From contig JACQPW010000003.1 of the NCBI GenBank assembly GCA_016207285.1, positions 1 to 39,139 of the forward strand: 39,139 nucleotides of DNA. The letters run 5' to 3'. Origin of the DNA: Candidatus Kerfeldbacteria bacterium. GTDB taxonomy: Bacteria; Patescibacteriota; Patescibacteriia; UBA9570. A program made the position numbers and the translations under genes. A model generated the notes under the pieces. It did not search any database, had not been told where the DNA came from, and was given only the letters and a program-made list of their open reading frames with translations. The stretch's first letter is position 1; each line of letters starts with the position of its first letter. Below, piece after piece: positions 36,509 to 39,139 of the stretch.

Positions 36509-38032
36509 TTAGGCTAAGAAGCAAGCTGGCTTCAGGGTAGCCTTAAAGTCTTTAATGGTTTGTTGTAATTTAGCTTCCCAGGCATCATCAAAGGCTTTCT
36601 CTTTCTGGATAGTGGTAAATAAATCTGGGGCATGCTGTTCCACATAGTCCACCAAACCGACACTAAATTCTTGGACATAATCGGCCACCACATCATCCGT
36701 TAATCCTTTGGTAACGGCATAAATTTGGATAACTTGTTGTTCGACGGCCAATGGTTCAAATTGTTTTTGCTTCAGTAACTCTTCTAACCGTTTACCACGC
36801 GCTAACTGTTTTTTAGTAGCTTCATCTAAATCTGAACCAAACTGACTAAAGGCTTCCAATTCACGAAATTGTGCCAAGCCCAAGCGCAAGGTTCCGGCCA
36901 CTTTCTTCATCGCTTTAATTTGGGCAGCGCCACCGACGCGCGATACAGATAGACCAACGTTAATAGCTGGGCGGAACCCTTTATTAAATAAGTTGGTTTC
37001 TAAATAAATTTGTCCATCGGTGATGGAAATCACATTGGTAGGAATATAGGCGGACACATCATTACCCTGGGTTTCAATAATCGGTAGGGCAGTGAGCGAG
37101 CCATTGCCGTTATCCTCATTCAGTTTAGCGGCTCGTTCGAGTAAACGAGAGTGTAGATAAAAGACATCACCAGGATAAGCTTCGCGACCGGGTGGGCGAC
37201 GTAATAATAATGAAATTTGGCGATACGCCACGGCATGTTTGGATAGGTCATCATAGACAATCAAGGCGTCTTTGCCTTTGTCCATAAAATATTCACCCAT
37301 CGCACAACCCGCATACGGTGCTAAGAAATTTAAGGCGGCTGGTTCAGAAGCACTAGCGGTCACCACGATGGTGTACTCCATGGCGCCTTTTTCTTGTAGT
37401 TTGGCGACCAGCTGAGCAATTTTACTTTCTTTTTGTCCAATGGCCACATAGATACAAATCATCTCTTGACCCTTTTGGTTCAAAATAGTATCAATCGCCA
37501 CTGCAGTTTTACCGGTTTGGCGGTCACCGATAATCAATTCGCGTTGACCGCGCCCAACTGGAGTCATGGCATCAATCGATTTTAAACCGGTTTGCACAGG
37601 TTGGTGCACTGATTTGCGGGTAATGACACCAGGCGCCACGCGTTCCATCGGATAGGTAGCTTGGTTCTGAATGGGGCCCTTACCATCTTTCGGTTGACCT
37701 AACGCATCCACCACACGACCAATCATGGCTTCACCCACTGGCACTTCTAAAATTTTGCCCAAACTTTTGACTTTCATGCCCTCGGTGATACCCATATAGT
37801 CGCCCATGACCATAATACCCACTAGCCCTTCTTCCAAGTTCAAGGCTACGCCCTGGATGCCATTATCAAATTCAACCATTTCGGAAGAGCGCACGTCGGC
37901 CAAGCCAACGGCTTTAACAATACCGTCACCAATTTCGATGACCGTACCAATCAGTTCGGTTTTAAGGGTGGTTTGGAAGTTGGCAATTTCCTGTTTCAGG
38001 TGCTCAACCATGGAGACGTTCATTTGGGACAT
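36509..38032 (-). CDS. atpA: F-type ATP synthase subunit alpha
   Basis: Walker [30 protein letters not shown] and ITDGQI. Confidence 0.97.
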   Translation of the reverse strand: MSQMNVSMVEHLKQEIANFQTTLKTELIGTVIEIGDGIVKAVGLADVRSSEMVEFDNGIQGVALNLEEGLVGIMVMGDYMGITEGMKVKSLGKILEVPVGEAMIGRVVDALGQPKDGKGPIQNQATYPMERVAPGVITRKSVHQPVQTGLKSIDAMTPVGRGQRELIIGDRQTGKTAVAIDTILNQKGQEMICIYVAIGQKESKIAQLVAKLQEKGAMEYTIVVTASASEPAALNFLAPYAGCAMGEYFMDKGKDALIVYDDLSKHAVAYRQISLLLRRPPGREAYPGDVFYLHSRLLERAAKLNEDNGNGSLTALPIIETQGNDVSAYIPTNVISITDGQIYLETNLFNKGFRPAINVGLSVSRVGGAAQIKAMKKVAGTLRLGLAQFRELEAFSQFGSDLDEATKKQLARGKRLEELLKQKQFEPLAVEQQVIQIYAVTKGLTDDVVADYVQEFSVGLVDYVEQHAPDLFTTIQKEKAFDDAWEAKLQQTIKDFKATLKPACFLA

Positions 38033-38049
38033 AGAGAGGGGAGGGAAGG

Positions 38050-38442
38050 TTAATGAGTAAGGGTGTGGGCTAAACGCTGGAGTTGTCCGCTGATGGAAGC
38101 ATCCCAGCGCTGATGTTCCGTTTCAATTTGGACACCACCGATCAGCTCGGCGGCTACCTGTTGGGTAATCATTGGTTTGGCAGCGGGCAAAACTGCGTTA
38201 ACCAGTTGGTGGGCTAACTCACTTTTAATTGGGTGAGCCGTGCGGATAGTGACGGACATCGTACCAGCTACCGAATGCTCCAGTTGAGCCATCAGTCGGA
38301 CAATTTCTGGCAGCCATTTGACATGACCATGCCCATAGATGTGCTGCAAGGCTCGGCCTGATATGGCTGACCACTGGGCAGCCGGCTGCTCTTGTAGAGC
38401 GGCAAACCAAGCTTGAGCATAATATTTCGGAGTCAGGCGCAT
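38050..38442 (-). CDS. atpH: F-type ATP synthase subunit delta (OSCP), unusually short
   Basis: The call rests on its position between atpF and atpA and on a C-terminal OSCP-like pattern ([10 protein letters not shown]...[26 protein letters not shown]). It is only 130 aa. Confidence 0.65.
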   Translation of the reverse strand: MRLTPKYYAQAWFAALQEQPAAQWSAISGRALQHIYGHGHVKWLPEIVRLMAQLEHSVAGTMSVTIRTAHPIKSELAHQLVNAVLPAAKPMITQQVAAELIGGVQIETEHQRWDASISGQLQRLAHTLTH

Positions 38443-38445
38443 GGG

Positions 38446-38943
38446 TTATTGTTTCAGATCAGCTAGGGCACGTTCAATTAAAGCTTGATCGGCGGGAGCA
38501 GTCATTTTTTCCTTCAAAATACGTTCACAAGCTACAATCACCACTTCGCCTAATTCGGCTTTGGCAGCTTGAAGCATTTTTTCTTGTTCGAGACGAATGT
38601 CTTGCTTGGCTTTCTCAATTACTTTGCTCGCTTCGGCTTTGCTGCGTTCAACCAGCACTTGGCCTTGAGCCGTGGCTTGGGTTTTAGCCTCGTCTAACAC
38701 TGCTTGGGCGTCGACTTTGGCTTGGGCGATGAGCCGCTGCTGTTCTGCCATGGCATTATCCAAGGCCGCTTTGGCCTCGCTGGCTTGTTTTACGCCTTGT
38801 TCAATGGTAGCCGTGCGCTCTTGGACAAATTTTAAAATCGGTTTGTATCCGATTTTGTATAAAATAAAGCCAAGTAACACAAAATTGAGTACCTGCGCAA
38901 TCAGGATTTTATAGTCGATACCAAGCGCAGATAGTAATTCCAT
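38446..38943 (-). CDS. atpF: F-type ATP synthase subunit b
   Basis: 165 aa. A single N-terminal TM helix (IAQVLNFVLLGFILYKIGYKPI) is followed by a long charged coiled coil rich in A/E/K/Q. Confidence 0.8.
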   Translation of the reverse strand: MELLSALGIDYKILIAQVLNFVLLGFILYKIGYKPILKFVQERTATIEQGVKQASEAKAALDNAMAEQQRLIAQAKVDAQAVLDEAKTQATAQGQVLVERSKAEASKVIEKAKQDIRLEQEKMLQAAKAELGEVVIVACERILKEKMTAPADQALIERALADLKQ

Positions 38944-38950
38944 ATCAGAG

Positions 38951-39139
38951 CTAGACGAACAAGATCAACAAAGCGATGACCAAAGCATAAATACCAAGCG
39001 ATTCTGTAATGGCCATGGCAATCACTAATTTGCTGAAAATACCAGCTTCGATGCTGGGATTACGGCCAATGGATTCCATAGTTTTACTAACCATCATGCC
39101 TTGAGCAACGGCTGGTGCAATAACACCAATGCTGACGGC
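38951..39139 (-). CDS. atpE: F-type ATP synthase subunit c (5' end truncated by the window edge)
   Basis: This ORF is not in the ORF track because its start lies outside the window. The reverse-strand translation reads AVSIGVIAPAVAQGMMVSKTMESIGRNPSIEAGIFSKLVIAMAITESLGIYALVIALLILFV*. This shows a helical hairpin with an RNP loop and the ion-binding Glu. Confidence 0.85.
   Translation of the reverse strand, partial: AVSIGVIAPAVAQGMMVSKTMESIGRNPSIEAGIFSKLVIAMAITESLGIYALVIALLILFV

Overview
This is a very compact bacterial chromosome segment. By my gene model only about 430 nt (about 1.1%) lies outside a CDS. It uses the standard genetic code, since TGA terminates several full-length conserved genes.

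I saw no rRNA, tRNA, CRISPR array, IS element or phage gene. Small gene versions, pervasive start/stop overlaps and a near absence of Shine-Dalgarno (SD) sequences fit a reduced-genome lineage such as Patescibacteria/CPR (Saccharibacteria-like). That placement is a low-confidence inference.

**Left half (1-20.1 kb): a cell-envelope glycan island.**
- A MOP-family flippase is co-transcribed with three tandem, apparently cytoplasmic AlkP-superfamily paralogs (type I phosphodiesterase/NPP family).
- A GT-C membrane glycosyltransferase is transcribed divergently from them.
- A six-gene overlapping operon encodes a GtrB/ArnC-like polyprenyl-phosphate glycosyltransferase, a GT4, a Wzx flippase and three GT2 enzymes, two of them WbbL-type.
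- An orphan membrane-anchored protein of about 497 aa is followed by a 67-aa membrane ORF.
- A dTDP-rhamnose operon reads rfbA-[GGDEF]-rfbC-rfbB-rfbD. The GGDEF gene (GGDEL motif, intact RxxD I-site) is wedged in by overlapping start and stop codons.

**Right half: housekeeping genes.** These are murA, an S41 protease, rplI, pyrG, rpmA, a DUF4013 protein, glyQS, an M16 peptidase, an AI-2E permease, metG, cvpA, tatD, rmuC, a standalone LbH acetyltransferase, and atpE(partial)-F-H-A-G-D-C.

**Most notable observations.**
1. The GGDEF gene sits inside the rml operon.
2. The AlkP gene is triplicated within a rhamnose-glycan cluster that resembles streptococcal rhamnose cell-wall polysaccharide logic. 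No initiating transferase, polymerase or ABC exporter is in view.
3. Promoter geometry is strikingly regular (-35, N17, -10, N7-9, ATG) at almost every operon-initial gene. This implies leaderless mRNAs.
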